Below are positions 1 to 9,485 of a stretch of 64,000 bases of DNA, piece by piece. This stretch comes from an uncultured Thermoleophilia bacterium (lineage in GTDB: Bacteria; Actinomycetota; Thermoleophilia; RBG-16-64-13). The stretch is taken from positions 162,201 to 226,200 of the forward strand of contig CAVYVU010000017.1 of assembly GCA_963772095.1 (NCBI GenBank). Reading direction: 5' to 3'. The position numbers and the translations under genes were made by a program. Under the pieces are notes generated by a model that was not told the origin of the DNA, did no database searches, and was given only the letters and a program-made list of their open reading frames with translations. Every line of letters starts with the position of its first letter. Within the stretch, counting starts at the first letter, position 1.

Positions 1-1286
1 ACGAGGACGCCTACCTGGATATCGCCGGGGGTCGCTATGACTGGGTGGCACGGATGGTGAGGGCCGCCGTCGTGCATCCACGGCGCGGGGCGGTGAGCGT
101 CACCGATCGAATAGACCGGATCGCCACCCACCCGCTGTGGGGACTCCTGCTGCTGCTCGTTGCTTTCGGAGTCCTCTTCTGGGTAACCTATGCCGTGGCC
201 CGGCCCGCCGCCAATGGTCTTAGCCACCTGGTGTCCGGACCGCTCTCGACAGCTCTTCATAACCTGCTCGCTCCCGCTCCGCACTGGCTCTCCGGCGTAC
301 TTGTAGACGGCGTTATCGCGGGGGCCGGCAACGTGTTTTCCTTCGTTCCCATTCTCGTCATCTTCTTCGCCGCCCTGGCCCTTCTTGAGGATGTGGGCTA
401 CATGGCCCGGGCCGCCTACGTCATGGACCGCTACATGCACTGGATGGGACTACACGGGAAGTCCTGCATGCCCCTCATGCTGGGCTTTGGCTGCAATGTC
501 CCCGCCGTAATGGGGACCCGCATCATCGAGGAACGTCGGGCCCGCCTGCTCACCATGCTCCTCACCCCCTTCGTTCCCTGCACCGCACGCCTAGCGGTGC
601 TTGCCTTCCTGGCCTCGGCTTTCTTCGGGGGGGCGGCGGCCTGGGCTGCGCTGGCCTTTGTGGGTGGGAACCTCATCTTGCTGGCCCTCATAGGGGTGGG
701 AGTCAACCGATTCGTATTCAAGGGTGAGCGGAGCGCGTTTATCTTGGAGATGCCCCTTTATCATCGCCCCAACGCCCGCACCCTCGGGCTCTCGGTGGGA
801 CACCGGACCATGGCCTTCGTCAAGAAGGCGGGCACGGTGATCGTGATAGTTTCGGCGATCATCTGGATGCTCTCCAACTACCCGGGGTCTAACCCCAGCC
901 AAAGCGTGCTGGGAATTCTGGGCCGATTCCTCGCGCCGGCGGGTGCTCTCCTGGGCCTGGGCGACTGGCGTTTCGTTGTGGCTTTGCTCTCCAGCTTCAT
1001 CGCCAAAGAGAACAGCGTCGCCACGCTGGGCATCCTCTTCGGGGGCGCCGGGGCCTCAGGGGCTGCCGGGGTGGCGTTGGCTACCCGGCTCGCGTCTGCG
1101 CTCACCCCTGCCGCCGCGGCAGCTTTCCTGGCGGTCCAGATGACCTTCATACCCTGCGTGGCTACGGTGGCCGTCATCAAGCAGGAGTCCCGCTCATGGC
1201 GTTTCATGGCCACTAGCTTAGGCTTGATGCTGGCCGTTTCTTTCGTGGTGGGGCTGCTCGTCTATCAGATCGGCACAAGACTTTAG
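1..1286 (+). CDS. feoB: Ferrous iron transporter FeoB, C-terminal membrane portion (5' partial at window edge)
   Basis: The reading frame is open from the window edge (EDAYLDIAGGRYDW...). It has the TDRIDRIATHPLWG motif followed by many hydrophobic helices typical of the FeoB gate/membrane domain. The G-domain must lie upstream of the window. Confidence 0.8.
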   Translation, partial: EDAYLDIAGGRYDWVARMVRAAVVHPRRGAVSVTDRIDRIATHPLWGLLLLLVAFGVLFWVTYAVARPAANGLSHLVSGPLSTALHNLLAPAPHWLSGVLVDGVIAGAGNVFSFVPILVIFFAALALLEDVGYMARAAYVMDRYMHWMGLHGKSCMPLMLGFGCNVPAVMGTRIIEERRARLLTMLLTPFVPCTARLAVLAFLASAFFGGAAAWAALAFVGGNLILLALIGVGVNRFVFKGERSAFILEMPLYHRPNARTLGLSVGHRTMAFVKKAGTVIVIVSAIIWMLSNYPGSNPSQSVLGILGRFLAPAGALLGLGDWRFVVALLSSFIAKENSVATLGILFGGAGASGAAGVALATRLASALTPAAAAAFLAVQMTFIPCVATVAVIKQESRSWRFMATSLGLMLAVSFVVGLLVYQIGTRL

Positions 1287-1319
1287 CCAAAGAACGCCGC
1301 CGCTTTCGCCGTCTCCGTA

Positions 1320-3440
1320 TCAGATCGCGTATCCGAGTAGCGCACCTTCGCGGATGGCATCCACGATCCAGCCCGGTTCTCGGCAGCTGCCGATCACATG
1401 AGTCTCGTCAACCAACCGCGAGAGCTCCTCGATCAACTCCGTATTGGGTCCCCAGTCCTGGGTGGTGATGATGTTCGTGCCCTCGAGGATGAAGACGCGT
1501 TTATCGGGCATCTGTATCTTCAGACCCTTGCCCACGATCTCTCGATAGTGCGCGTCGGCCCAGATAGGTACGTGGCGCTGCTTGAACCACGGCCAGAGAT
1601 TCTCGAGGTCGTCGACGGTCATGCCGTCGCCCAGCGCCGAAGCCGGGCCGTCGTGCACGATCACCACCCGTCTCCCCCGCTTGGTCAAGAATTCGGCCAG
1701 CTCGCAGCCGTGCAGGGTGCCGCCCATGACCACCACGCTCTTGCCCACCGGCATCCACAGCCGGGAAAGCTTCTCCACCCAAGCCGGAGAGAAGAACCTG
1801 AGAGCAGTCTTCAGCACGCCGTGGAGTTTCTCCGTTTGGATGACTTCGCGGCTGATCGCCCCCGGCAAATCGAACTTCGTGTGGGCCGCTCCGGCGGCGA
1901 TCACCAGCACATCGGGTCTCTCCTTCCGCACTACCTCGGGTGTCACCGCCTGCTTCAGGTGCACCGCGACATTCTCCTTGTTCAGCTGGGTGACCTGATA
2001 TCGATTGCAGTCGATCATGTCCTCGGTTTCGAGGTCTTTGACGATCGCCGCCACCAGGACCAGGCCGCCCAGGTAGGGGCCCTTCTCGTAGAGCGCCACC
2101 TTGTGACCGCGCTGGGCCGCCACCCTCGCCGCCTCCATACCCGCGGGCCCGCCGCCCACTACCAGCACCTTCTTCTTCTGCTCGGCGGGCCGGCACTGGT
2201 ATTCCGGCAGCGACTCCCGCCCCAGCGTGGCGTTCACGCGACATTCCAGCTTCTTGTTCTTGTTGCGCATATCAAAGCAGTGCAGGCAACCATGACAGGT
2301 GCGGATGTCTTCCAGCCGCCCCTCCCGCACTTTGTTGGGCAACTCCGGATCGGCAAGGAGACGACGCGTCATGCCGACAAAGTCGAGACTGCCTCGCTGC
2401 AGGTACTCCTCGCCCAGTTCGGCATCGAGCCGGCAGGCCGTCCACACCGGTATGGTGACTCTCTTGCGCTTTACCGCTTCCACCAGCGGCACGGTGGCTC
2501 CCCTTCCGCCCCGGCTCCAATCGAGATCCGCCGGCAATTCGGCGGGCGGCTCCGGATAGAGGATCCGGTCTGGTTGGATGAGCCCGCCCCGGTGGCCGTA
2601 GCGCTCCGCCCGACAGTTGATGCCGTCAGCGACTTGGGCTATCAGCCGGGCCATCTCGGCGCCCTCTTCGAGAGTGGTGGCGAGCGGATGGTTGTATTCC
2701 ACAACGTTGATTAGCGCGTGCACCGCGAAGTCTGGCCCGCAGCGCCGTTTCGCTTCGGAAATGATGTCGCGCAAGAAGCGAGTGCGGTTCTCGAAAGTCT
2801 GCGGACCATACTCGTCGTCGCGGTTGTTCCAGACCCGCGACAAGAACGTGTTGCCTTGGTGGCACGTGCCGTGGTTGATCTCACAGGCATCGAAACCGGC
2901 CTTGTGGGCCCGCTCGGCTGCCGATGCCCACAGATCGATCTGATCCTCGAGCTCCGCCTTGGTCATGGCTCGACAGGGCAAGAAGTCTGGTCCGGGCAGG
3001 TCCGCTTCGGTCAAAGCCGAGGCGCACTTGATGTCCCGTATCTTCGGATCCCGCGGCAAGAGGCCTGTTGGGTTCCAAGGCCCGGCGTGCTGGAACTGGA
3101 TCGACACCGGGCAGCCGAGCTTGTGCACCGCTTCCGTCAGCCGCTCGAAGCTGGGGATGAACTTGTCATCGTCCAGGTGGAGCTGTACCCCTTCGTAGCT
3201 ACCGTCGGGCTGGTAGTGCACGTGTTGGATCGCGAGCGGATACTCCACGCCGCAGGACTCCACCACGAGGAAGCCCACGCCACCCTTCGCCAGAGCCTCG
3301 TAGTAGGCGATCATCCGCGGTCCAACGGTTTGATCCTCCTCCATGAACGAGGTGCCGTTGGCCGTCTTGATTATCCGGTTGCGGGTCTTGATGGGCCCGA
3401 TCATGCCCGGTTCCATCAGCTTCTCGAATCGCTGGCTCAT
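1320..3440 (-). CDS. OYE-family FMN oxidoreductase fused to an FAD/NAD(P)-binding domain (2,4-dienoyl-CoA reductase / NADH oxidase-like)
   Basis: N-terminal OYE-like barrel (IKTRNRIIKTA, YYEALAKGGVGFLVVE), a Cys cluster (CHGCLHCF) and a GxGxxG fold (VLVVGGGPAGMEAA). The start was chosen at ATG 3440, behind AGAGGAA; the ORF is open to 3494. Confidence 0.85.
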   Translation of the reverse strand: MSQRFEKLMEPGMIGPIKTRNRIIKTANGTSFMEEDQTVGPRMIAYYEALAKGGVGFLVVESCGVEYPLAIQHVHYQPDGSYEGVQLHLDDDKFIPSFERLTEAVHKLGCPVSIQFQHAGPWNPTGLLPRDPKIRDIKCASALTEADLPGPDFLPCRAMTKAELEDQIDLWASAAERAHKAGFDACEINHGTCHQGNTFLSRVWNNRDDEYGPQTFENRTRFLRDIISEAKRRCGPDFAVHALINVVEYNHPLATTLEEGAEMARLIAQVADGINCRAERYGHRGGLIQPDRILYPEPPAELPADLDWSRGGRGATVPLVEAVKRKRVTIPVWTACRLDAELGEEYLQRGSLDFVGMTRRLLADPELPNKVREGRLEDIRTCHGCLHCFDMRNKNKKLECRVNATLGRESLPEYQCRPAEQKKKVLVVGGGPAGMEAARVAAQRGHKVALYEKGPYLGGLVLVAAIVKDLETEDMIDCNRYQVTQLNKENVAVHLKQAVTPEVVRKERPDVLVIAAGAAHTKFDLPGAISREVIQTEKLHGVLKTALRFFSPAWVEKLSRLWMPVGKSVVVMGGTLHGCELAEFLTKRGRRVVIVHDGPASALGDGMTVDDLENLWPWFKQRHVPIWADAHYREIVGKGLKIQMPDKRVFILEGTNIITTQDWGPNTELIEELSRLVDETHVIGSCREPGWIVDAIREGALLGYAI

Positions 3441-3519
3441 ATCTCTCATTTCCTCTTTCTCGCGGCCCGCCGTTCCCCGCGAAACACTCACCATCCAGCG
3501 ATGGATAGTCTGGCAAAGG

Positions 3520-4446
3520 TCAGGATTCGCGTGGCAGATTCTCGTCCACGATCCGGGCCGCGGCTTTGAGCGTATCGACGCTGCGCTTCAATCCCGCCTG
3601 CTCGTCCGGCTCCAGGTCCCATTCCAGTATTTCTCGTACGCCCTTCTCTCCGAGCACGACCGGCACCGACATGCTCAGCCCACGCTGACCGTACTCACCG
3701 TCCAACACCACCGAACAGGCAAAGATCTCCCCCGTGTTTTGGAGGAAAGCACGCGTAATCGCCGCCAGACCGATCGCACAAGTCCAGCCGGCCGTCCGTC
3801 CGGACTGCAACTCCTCATAGCGTCTCAGGATATCGGGCACCTGTGCCCGGATGTCCTGCTTCTCTTCTTCGCTGAAATGCACCGATCGGCCATCGATGCG
3901 CACCGAGCTGAACAGCAGCACCTGGCTGCTGCCGTGCTCCCCGATGACCGTTGCCTGCACCTGACCGACCTTCACCCCTTTGGCTCTTGCCACCATCTCG
4001 CGAAACCGAAGCGAATCGTTGAGCGTGTAGCCGATGAGCTGATGGCGGTCGAAGCCCCCGGCGAGCCAGGTGGCGTAGTTCAGGGGGTCGGCCGGATTGG
4101 TGGCTGTGATCACGAATGCCGCGGGACAGTAGCGCTCGATCTGCCGGGCGATATCTCGAGCCAAGGGGATGTTCTTGGGAAGCATGTCCATGCGGTCGGC
4201 GATAAGCCCCTGCTGCGCTCCAGCCGCGTTGACGACTAGGTTCGAGCCGGTTAGATCCTCGTATGCCCCCGCTCGAACACTGACGTCGAGTGCCGAGACC
4301 GCGGTACCGATATCCATGGCGTGCTGTTGCAGCACGTTTTGGCGGACGTCGATCATCACGATCTCATCGACCAGCCCCGAGGCAGCGATGAAGAAGGCCG
4401 CAGGTGCGCCGACCGAACCGGCCGCGCCGATGATAGTCATCTTCAT
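3520..4446 (-). CDS. L-lactate/malate dehydrogenase family protein
   Basis: MKMTIIGAAGSVGAPAAF Rossmann start and ITATNPAD / IGEHG motifs. The substrate loop (GAQQGLIADRMDM) is atypical, so LDH versus MDH is not resolved. RBS GGGGAAGG. Confidence 0.8.
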   Translation of the reverse strand: MKMTIIGAAGSVGAPAAFFIAASGLVDEIVMIDVRQNVLQQHAMDIGTAVSALDVSVRAGAYEDLTGSNLVVNAAGAQQGLIADRMDMLPKNIPLARDIARQIERYCPAAFVITATNPADPLNYATWLAGGFDRHQLIGYTLNDSLRFREMVARAKGVKVGQVQATVIGEHGSSQVLLFSSVRIDGRSVHFSEEEKQDIRAQVPDILRRYEELQSGRTAGWTCAIGLAAITRAFLQNTGEIFACSVVLDGEYGQRGLSMSVPVVLGEKGVREILEWDLEPDEQAGLKRSVDTLKAAARIVDENLPRES

Positions 4447-4707
4447 AGCCTTCCCCTTTCTCTCTTGCGGCGGGTTCAGTCCGTCAAGCCGCGCACGGGC
4501 CCATGACCGCCGGAGTGCATCCGGGCGACAGTACGCAGCATCTTGGCCCCGGATCAGCAGGTCGGGTCCTCGGGAACAGGATAACGGAGCCGTCGTGGCC
4601 TGCGCAGCGAGATCCTTGCGGCGAAATCACCGGCCGCTAGCCCGGGGGCACGAACTCGGTAGTGAGTGCCACGAAGTCCGCTGGACGATGACGCAGACTT
4701 CCCGGGA

Positions 4708-4725
4708 AAAGAATAAAGATTCTTT
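4708..4725. promoter_or_regulatory. Inverted repeat AAAGAAT-N4-ATTCTTT in the divergent mdh-like/tetR intergenic region; candidate TetR operator
   Basis: A 7-bp perfect inverted repeat read directly from the sequence, about 65 nt upstream of the TetR start, in an AT-rich patch. Confidence 0.3.
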
Positions 4726-4790
4726 AATCGGAATTCAAGGAACACAGCAGACGTCACTACTGGAGAAGGGGCGACGATATACTGCTGGTC

Positions 4791-5444
4791 ATGAAGAGAA
4801 TCTCGACCCCTTATCGGCCGCCGCGCCAAAAGCGCAGCGTAGAGTCGCTGGAACGGCTGCTGAAGGCCGCCGAGGAACAGATCCGGACTGAAGGTTTTGA
4901 GGCCCTCACGATCGGGGGCGTGGTGGCCCAGGCGGGACTTTCGGTGGGAGCCTTCTATGCCCGCTTTCCCGACAAAGCCGCACTCTTCCACGCGGTCCAA
5001 GACCGTTTTCACAACAGGCTCGAGCCGATCATCCGGAGCGAGGTGCTTGCCGAAGCCGGTGGCTGCACGACCCTGGGGGAAGCGGTGGGAGCGGCGATCG
5101 AGGTCCTTATCCGCAACGTTACGGGGGAGTCGGAACTTTCTCGTGCCTTCCTGAGCATGTCGGTCTTCGATTCAGTGTTGAGAGCCAGAGGCGAGCTGGT
5201 CAGCCTTGAGCGTAGGGAAGCGCTGACCGAAGTCCTGCTCGCTCATCGCGACGAGATAGGCCACGCCGACCCGGTTCTGGCCATCGATGTGGCCTACGGC
5301 ATGTACGCAGCGGTCGTCCGAGGCCGACTGATATTCGGCTTGGAGCACGAACTGCAATACGGCATCACCAACCAGACCATCTACGGCGAACTCAAACAAG
5401 CGCTAACGCTGTATCTTCGAGGCGAGCGCCCCGCCATCGCTTGA
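4791..5444 (+). CDS. TetR/AcrR family transcriptional regulator
   Basis: N-terminal HTH signature RSVESLERLLKAAEEQIRTEGFEALTIGGVVAQAGLSVGAFYARFPDKAALF. Confidence 0.85.
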   Translation: MKRISTPYRPPRQKRSVESLERLLKAAEEQIRTEGFEALTIGGVVAQAGLSVGAFYARFPDKAALFHAVQDRFHNRLEPIIRSEVLAEAGGCTTLGEAVGAAIEVLIRNVTGESELSRAFLSMSVFDSVLRARGELVSLERREALTEVLLAHRDEIGHADPVLAIDVAYGMYAAVVRGRLIFGLEHELQYGITNQTIYGELKQALTLYLRGERPAIA

Positions 5445-5682
5445 GGTCTCGCTGACGCCCACTGGGTCGGCGCCGCGAGAAAACCGCCAGACTGTAAAGG
5501 AGGCCGGCGTCACTCTTACTAGATGAGTCGCCGAAGCGTTCTTGTCAGTACGCCACCGTTCGTGTGGTCGGAAATGGCAAGTTAACGAGTCACCATCGGT
5601 CTTTTAACTCTTGTTACTCCCGTCGGGACTTATGTTGTTTGCGGGCGATCAAGGCATGAAAAGCGACAGCAGGAGCAAAACA

Positions 5683-7137
5683 ATGGAGAGCATGAAACCC
5701 GGGATGGCGCACATTGGAGAGATGGAGGCCGACGCCATAATCATCGGCGCCGGAGCGTCCGGGCTCTGCGCGGCTCTGACGCTCAGTTTCGGCGGGGCCT
5801 CTGTCCTCATCTTCGAGCAAATGTCCGAGTGTGGAGGCATGACCAACCACGCGGAGGGGATGTTCGCTGTCGGAAGCACGATGCAGAAGATCAACAAAGT
5901 CGGCCTCACGGTGGCCGAAGCCTTCAAGGTCCACATGGAAGAGACGCATTGGCTTGCCAACGCCCGGCTCGTAAGGACCTTTATGGAACGATCCGGCGCT
6001 ACGATCGATTGGCTCGAGAGCCTGGGGGCTGAATTCAGCGGACTCTTTGCCATATCTCCGTTCACCCCGCGGGTGTGGCACCAATTTACCGACTTCGCCA
6101 AGAACGGGCTGGTCAAGCCTCTGTACGCGAGGGCACAGGCGGAAGAGAACATCCGAATCTATCTGGAAACACCGGTCAAAAGTTTGACGATGGAAGCCGG
6201 TCGAATCACCGGCGTCGTCGCAGAAGATACGGAAGGAAATACCATTCGGGCTAAGGCCAAAGCGGTCGTCATCGCTTCCGGTGGTTATCAGGACAACAAG
6301 GAATGGGTCGACAAATACTGTAAGTCCGGCTTCACGACGCCGGTCGTTCCCTCCAAACAGATGGGCGGTCCCATCCAAATGGCCTGGGACGTCGGTGCAG
6401 AACCTCACGATCTGGGTGTTATGCAGACCATCGTGCTCGTTCCCGCCGAAGAGCTCAGCTCCCAGCTCCTGGTGGCAGGGTATCAACCTCGCCTTTGGGT
6501 CAACCAACTGGGAGAAAGATTCTGTGACGAATCCATCTGCTGGAAGTTCCCCATGGCGGGAAATGCACTGGCAAGACAGCCGGATGCTGCCGCGTTTTGC
6601 ATGTTCGACGAAGACACAAAAGAGTTCATGAGGGAGAAGGGCATCAACTACGTACTCGGCGAGTTCTTCGACATTTCGGCGAGACTTACCGACATCGATG
6701 ACGAACTACGGCGGGGCGAGAGGGAGGGCAAAGTCTTCCGGGGCAGTTCTCTCGAAGAACTGGCTGAAAAGATCGACGTAGATTTCGAAGCGCTGCGGTC
6801 CACGGTAGACGAGTACAACGCATGTGTCGACCGGAATCAAGACTTCATCTTCGGGAAAGACGGCACCTACTTACAAGCCATAAGGAAACCAAAGTTCTAT
6901 GCGGTAAGACTGGGCCTGGCGGCCTTCATGACGAACGGCGGGATCAGGATCAACCACAAGACACAGGTCTTGAGGAAGGACCGCGAAGTGATTCCCGGGC
7001 TCTACGCGGTGGGATGTTGCGCGGGCGGCCTCCTCGGTGACACCTACGAGGTATCGACAACTGGTGGTTCCCTTAGCTTCGCCGTCAACTCTGGACGTAT
7101 GGCAGGTGAGAACGCGCTGCAATACATTGGCAGATAG
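5683..7137 (+). CDS. FAD-dependent oxidoreductase (FAD_binding_2; fumarate reductase / 3-ketosteroid dehydrogenase-like flavoprotein)
   Basis: DAIIIGAGASGLCAAL dinucleotide fold, GGYQDN, and the C-terminal IPGLYAVGCCAGG motif. The start was chosen at ATG 5683, behind AGGAGC; the ORF is open from 5611. Confidence 0.75.
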   Translation: MESMKPGMAHIGEMEADAIIIGAGASGLCAALTLSFGGASVLIFEQMSECGGMTNHAEGMFAVGSTMQKINKVGLTVAEAFKVHMEETHWLANARLVRTFMERSGATIDWLESLGAEFSGLFAISPFTPRVWHQFTDFAKNGLVKPLYARAQAEENIRIYLETPVKSLTMEAGRITGVVAEDTEGNTIRAKAKAVVIASGGYQDNKEWVDKYCKSGFTTPVVPSKQMGGPIQMAWDVGAEPHDLGVMQTIVLVPAEELSSQLLVAGYQPRLWVNQLGERFCDESICWKFPMAGNALARQPDAAAFCMFDEDTKEFMREKGINYVLGEFFDISARLTDIDDELRRGEREGKVFRGSSLEELAEKIDVDFEALRSTVDEYNACVDRNQDFIFGKDGTYLQAIRKPKFYAVRLGLAAFMTNGGIRINHKTQVLRKDREVIPGLYAVGCCAGGLLGDTYEVSTTGGSLSFAVNSGRMAGENALQYIGR

Positions 7138-7414
7138 GTAGCTACTCCGGGTGATACCTTGACACAGCGCAAGCCGAAGTCTCCAGGGGGCGATGGAGAG
7201 TCTCCGGCTCGGAGGGTTGATGGCGGCGGGCAAGGAGGGGACTATGCCCACGCGCTCTACCGGGATGTTGCCCGCCAGCGGTGAAGACAATGTAACGACT
7301 ATGTAACGGTTCAGTCTCACTGCGCCAAGCAGAACTAAGGAACGCTCGCTTTACAAAAGCCTTACAGGCACGGGGGTAAACTCCCGGTGCGGTTACCCCC
7401 CGCATTGCACGCTA

Positions 7415-7448
7415 AGCCCCGCCCCAACATCCCTCCTGGGGCGGGGCT
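7415..7448 (-). terminator. GC-rich hairpin (11-bp stem AGCCCCGCCCC/GGGGCGGGGCT, 12-nt loop)
   Basis: A perfect inverted repeat 45 nt downstream of the stop of the 57-aa ORF on the minus strand. There is no U-tract. Confidence 0.45.
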
Positions 7449-7492
7449 CCCCCCATTCCCCCGATTGCCGAGCGGTGCTACTCAGGGGCGAG

Positions 7493-7666
7493 TCAGCGGA
7501 AGAGACCACGCATGAGGGTCTGGCCCAGGAGTTTGCCCACCCCGCGCCTCGCGATGCGACGGGAGACGCGGCCGGTCCGCACTGCTTGGACGTCGCCCAG
7601 GATACGGGCGCCGCGGTAGAGGCTCCTCCTCACCTTCGGGATAGTGAGTCCTCTTCTTCGAGCCAT
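7493..7666 (-). CDS. Small basic protein, 57 aa (below the ORF-track cutoff)
   Basis: Hand translation: MARRRGLTIPKVRRSLYRGARILGDVQAVRTGRVSRRIARRGVGKLLGQTLMRGLFR. The ATG is preceded by GAAGGGGGG and the stop is followed by the hairpin at 7415-7448. It resembles a recurrent Arg-rich small-protein pattern (YR.ARILGD..A...GR...R..RR..GK); this is from my recollection only. Confidence 0.45.
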   Translation of the reverse strand: MARRRGLTIPKVRRSLYRGARILGDVQAVRTGRVSRRIARRGVGKLLGQTLMRGLFR

Positions 7667-7906
7667 GTTGCCCCCCTTCTCGCCGGCCGGTCTTTATCAT
7701 CATAAGGGGCGGCCCGGACGAGAACTACAAGACGCCGCTCCAAGAAGCCGGTGCCCCCCACGGCCCTCCGATCCTAGCCGATCAGCTGGCCGCCGGACGC
7801 TGGTCCCCCCTCAGTCTTCGCAGGAGGCAACCCATTCTTCGTCGCCGATCCGCCGACTAGACTTAGGCCGGGCGATCTCGAGGGATCCCTGCAGCCCTCA
7901 CTACCG

Positions 7907-8200
7907 TCAGGAGGCCAACCGTGGCTGGATCTCCTCCTTGGTGAGACTAGCGCCATAGACGGAGATCATGGCTGTAGACGCCGACCTCCCTCGGCCAGCG
8001 CGCCTTCGTCCACCGTGTCGAAACCGATCTGGTCAATAAGCCGAGCCACTGTGTGCTTGGCCCGCGCGTCGTCGCCGGCGATCGAGATCGCGACCCGGCC
8101 TGGTGTTCCCGCCGGCCGCCCGCTGCTTGTAAGATCGCGGGCATACTGGGTGTTGAAGGCTTTCACCCGCCCGATTGACCGCCTTAGCGGTCGCCCCAGC
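7907..8200 (-). pseudogene. C-terminal remnant of an NADP/F420-dependent oxidoreductase (COG2085-like), frameshifted and lacking the Rossmann N-terminus
   Basis: VKAFNT...ISIAGDDARAKHTVARLIDQIGFDTVDEGALAEGGRRLQP, then a stop. Homology continues in another frame (..SVYGASLTKEEIQPRLAS). There is no GxGxxG region upstream. Confidence 0.45.
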
Positions 8201-8219
8201 GCAGGGACTGAGGTCGGCC

Positions 8220-8510
8220 CTAGCTCGCGCGCACCCGCCGGCGTTTCGTCACCTTGCGTCGGTTGAACATGCCTATAGTCGCGAAAGCGATGACCACGAT
8301 GATGAGGATCCGGAGCCAGAGCGCGAGGGAGCTGTGCCAGATCCAGAGCGAACCGACCCAGGGCAGAAACACGATCCAAAGTATGACTTCAAACACGAGG
8401 GGAATAGTGGCGATCCAGTGCTGGATGTGCCCCAAGGTGCTGGGCGTGAAGATCCACAGTACTGCGAAGGCGATCCAGAGAGCCGGAACGGGGAAGCCGA
8501 GAAAAAACAT
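8220..8510 (-). CDS. Small membrane protein (about 3 TM, basic C-terminus), function unknown
   Basis: Strongly hydrophobic, Trp-rich 96-aa ORF with GGAGGA 5 nt upstream of the ATG. Confidence 0.5.
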   Translation of the reverse strand: MFFLGFPVPALWIAFAVLWIFTPSTLGHIQHWIATIPLVFEVILWIVFLPWVGSLWIWHSSLALWLRILIIVVIAFATIGMFNRRKVTKRRRVRAS

Positions 8511-8731
8511 GCGTTCCTCCAGACTGGCCGGACTGCTTAGGGGTTGACCTGCCCCATCCTACCCTTCGCGGGTATGGCGTTGCAATTGAACAAGCTAAAT
8601 CCCAGCCCGGACCACGAACTCGGAGGGGACCGTTCGGATAGGACCGATTCCGACGCCCTAGCGGAGCCAAGCGTCGCGCTGGCCAGGCCAGGAGCGTGAT
8701 AGGCTGGCCCCATCCTACTGGGGGTAGAAAC

Positions 8732-9337
8732 ATGAACATTTCCGTCATCCTCGCGCATCCGATGCCTGGCAGCTTCAACCACGCCATCGCCGAGAAGGCG
8801 GTTGCCGAGTTGGGCCGTAACGATCACGTGGTCAGCTTCCACGACCTCTACCGAGAGGGTTTCAACCCACTTCTGCCAGGCGCGGAGATCCCCGCGGGCG
8901 TGCCCCTCCCCCCGGTCGTCGCTAGGCATTGCGATGAACTCGCGGCTGCCGACGGCATCGTGATAGTTCATCCCAACTGGTGGGGACAGGCTCCTGCGAT
9001 CCTCACCGGCTGGGTCGATCGAGTCCTGAGGCGCTCTGTCGCCTACAACTTTACCGAGGGTGACAGCGGCGAGGGAGTCCCCGTCGGTCTCCTGAAGGCA
9101 GGAACGGCGATCGTCTTCAATACTTCCGACACGCCCGCGCTTCGGGAGCAGGCTGTTTTCGGGGATCCACTCGAGTTGGTCTGGAAGAACTGCGTCTTCG
9201 GACTCTGTGGGGTGCAAGAATTCCATCGAAGAACGTTCAGCGTGGTGGTCACGAGCACCCAGGAAGAACGGGAGGCGTGGCTGGCAGAAGCGAAAGAACT
9301 CGTCGGCCGCTGCTTTCCACGAAAGAGGCTGCGGTAG
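8732..9337 (+). CDS. Flavodoxin-like fold NAD(P)H dehydrogenase (quinone)
   Basis: MNISVILAHPMPGSFNHAIAE...HDLYREGFNPLL...IVIVHPNWWGQAPAILTGWVDRV, typical of the Flavodoxin_2/MdaB-like family. Confidence 0.8.
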   Translation: MNISVILAHPMPGSFNHAIAEKAVAELGRNDHVVSFHDLYREGFNPLLPGAEIPAGVPLPPVVARHCDELAAADGIVIVHPNWWGQAPAILTGWVDRVLRRSVAYNFTEGDSGEGVPVGLLKAGTAIVFNTSDTPALREQAVFGDPLELVWKNCVFGLCGVQEFHRRTFSVVVTSTQEEREAWLAEAKELVGRCFPRKRLR

Positions 9338-9389
9338 CTGCTAGATCCTCGCGGCGCTGGCTGAGTACACGGTCTCGTGCGCAATGCAC

Positions 9390-9425
9390 GCGGGAGGATC
9401 CCCGGGGGTAAGGGGATCCTCCCGC
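9390..9425. terminator. 14-bp perfect hairpin between convergent genes
   Basis: GCGGGAGGATCCCC-loop-GGGGATCCTCCCGC, lying between the stops at 9337 (+) and 9486 (-). Confidence 0.5.
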
Positions 9426-9485
9426 CACCAAGGAGCGGTCGGCCACGTACTGTCCGCTACATCGACCGACCAGAGCGACGCGTCC

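Noticed and set aside
1398-2714. 438-aa plus-strand ORF
   Set aside because: It is antisense to a well-supported OYE/FAD oxidoreductase. The composition is Arg/Gly/Pro/His-rich, typical of high-GC shadow frames, and no motifs were recognised.
4554-5012. 152-aa minus-strand ORF across the mdh-like/tetR intergenic region
   Set aside because: It overlaps the TetR N-terminus on the opposite strand and runs through an AT-rich promoter region. No motifs were recognised.
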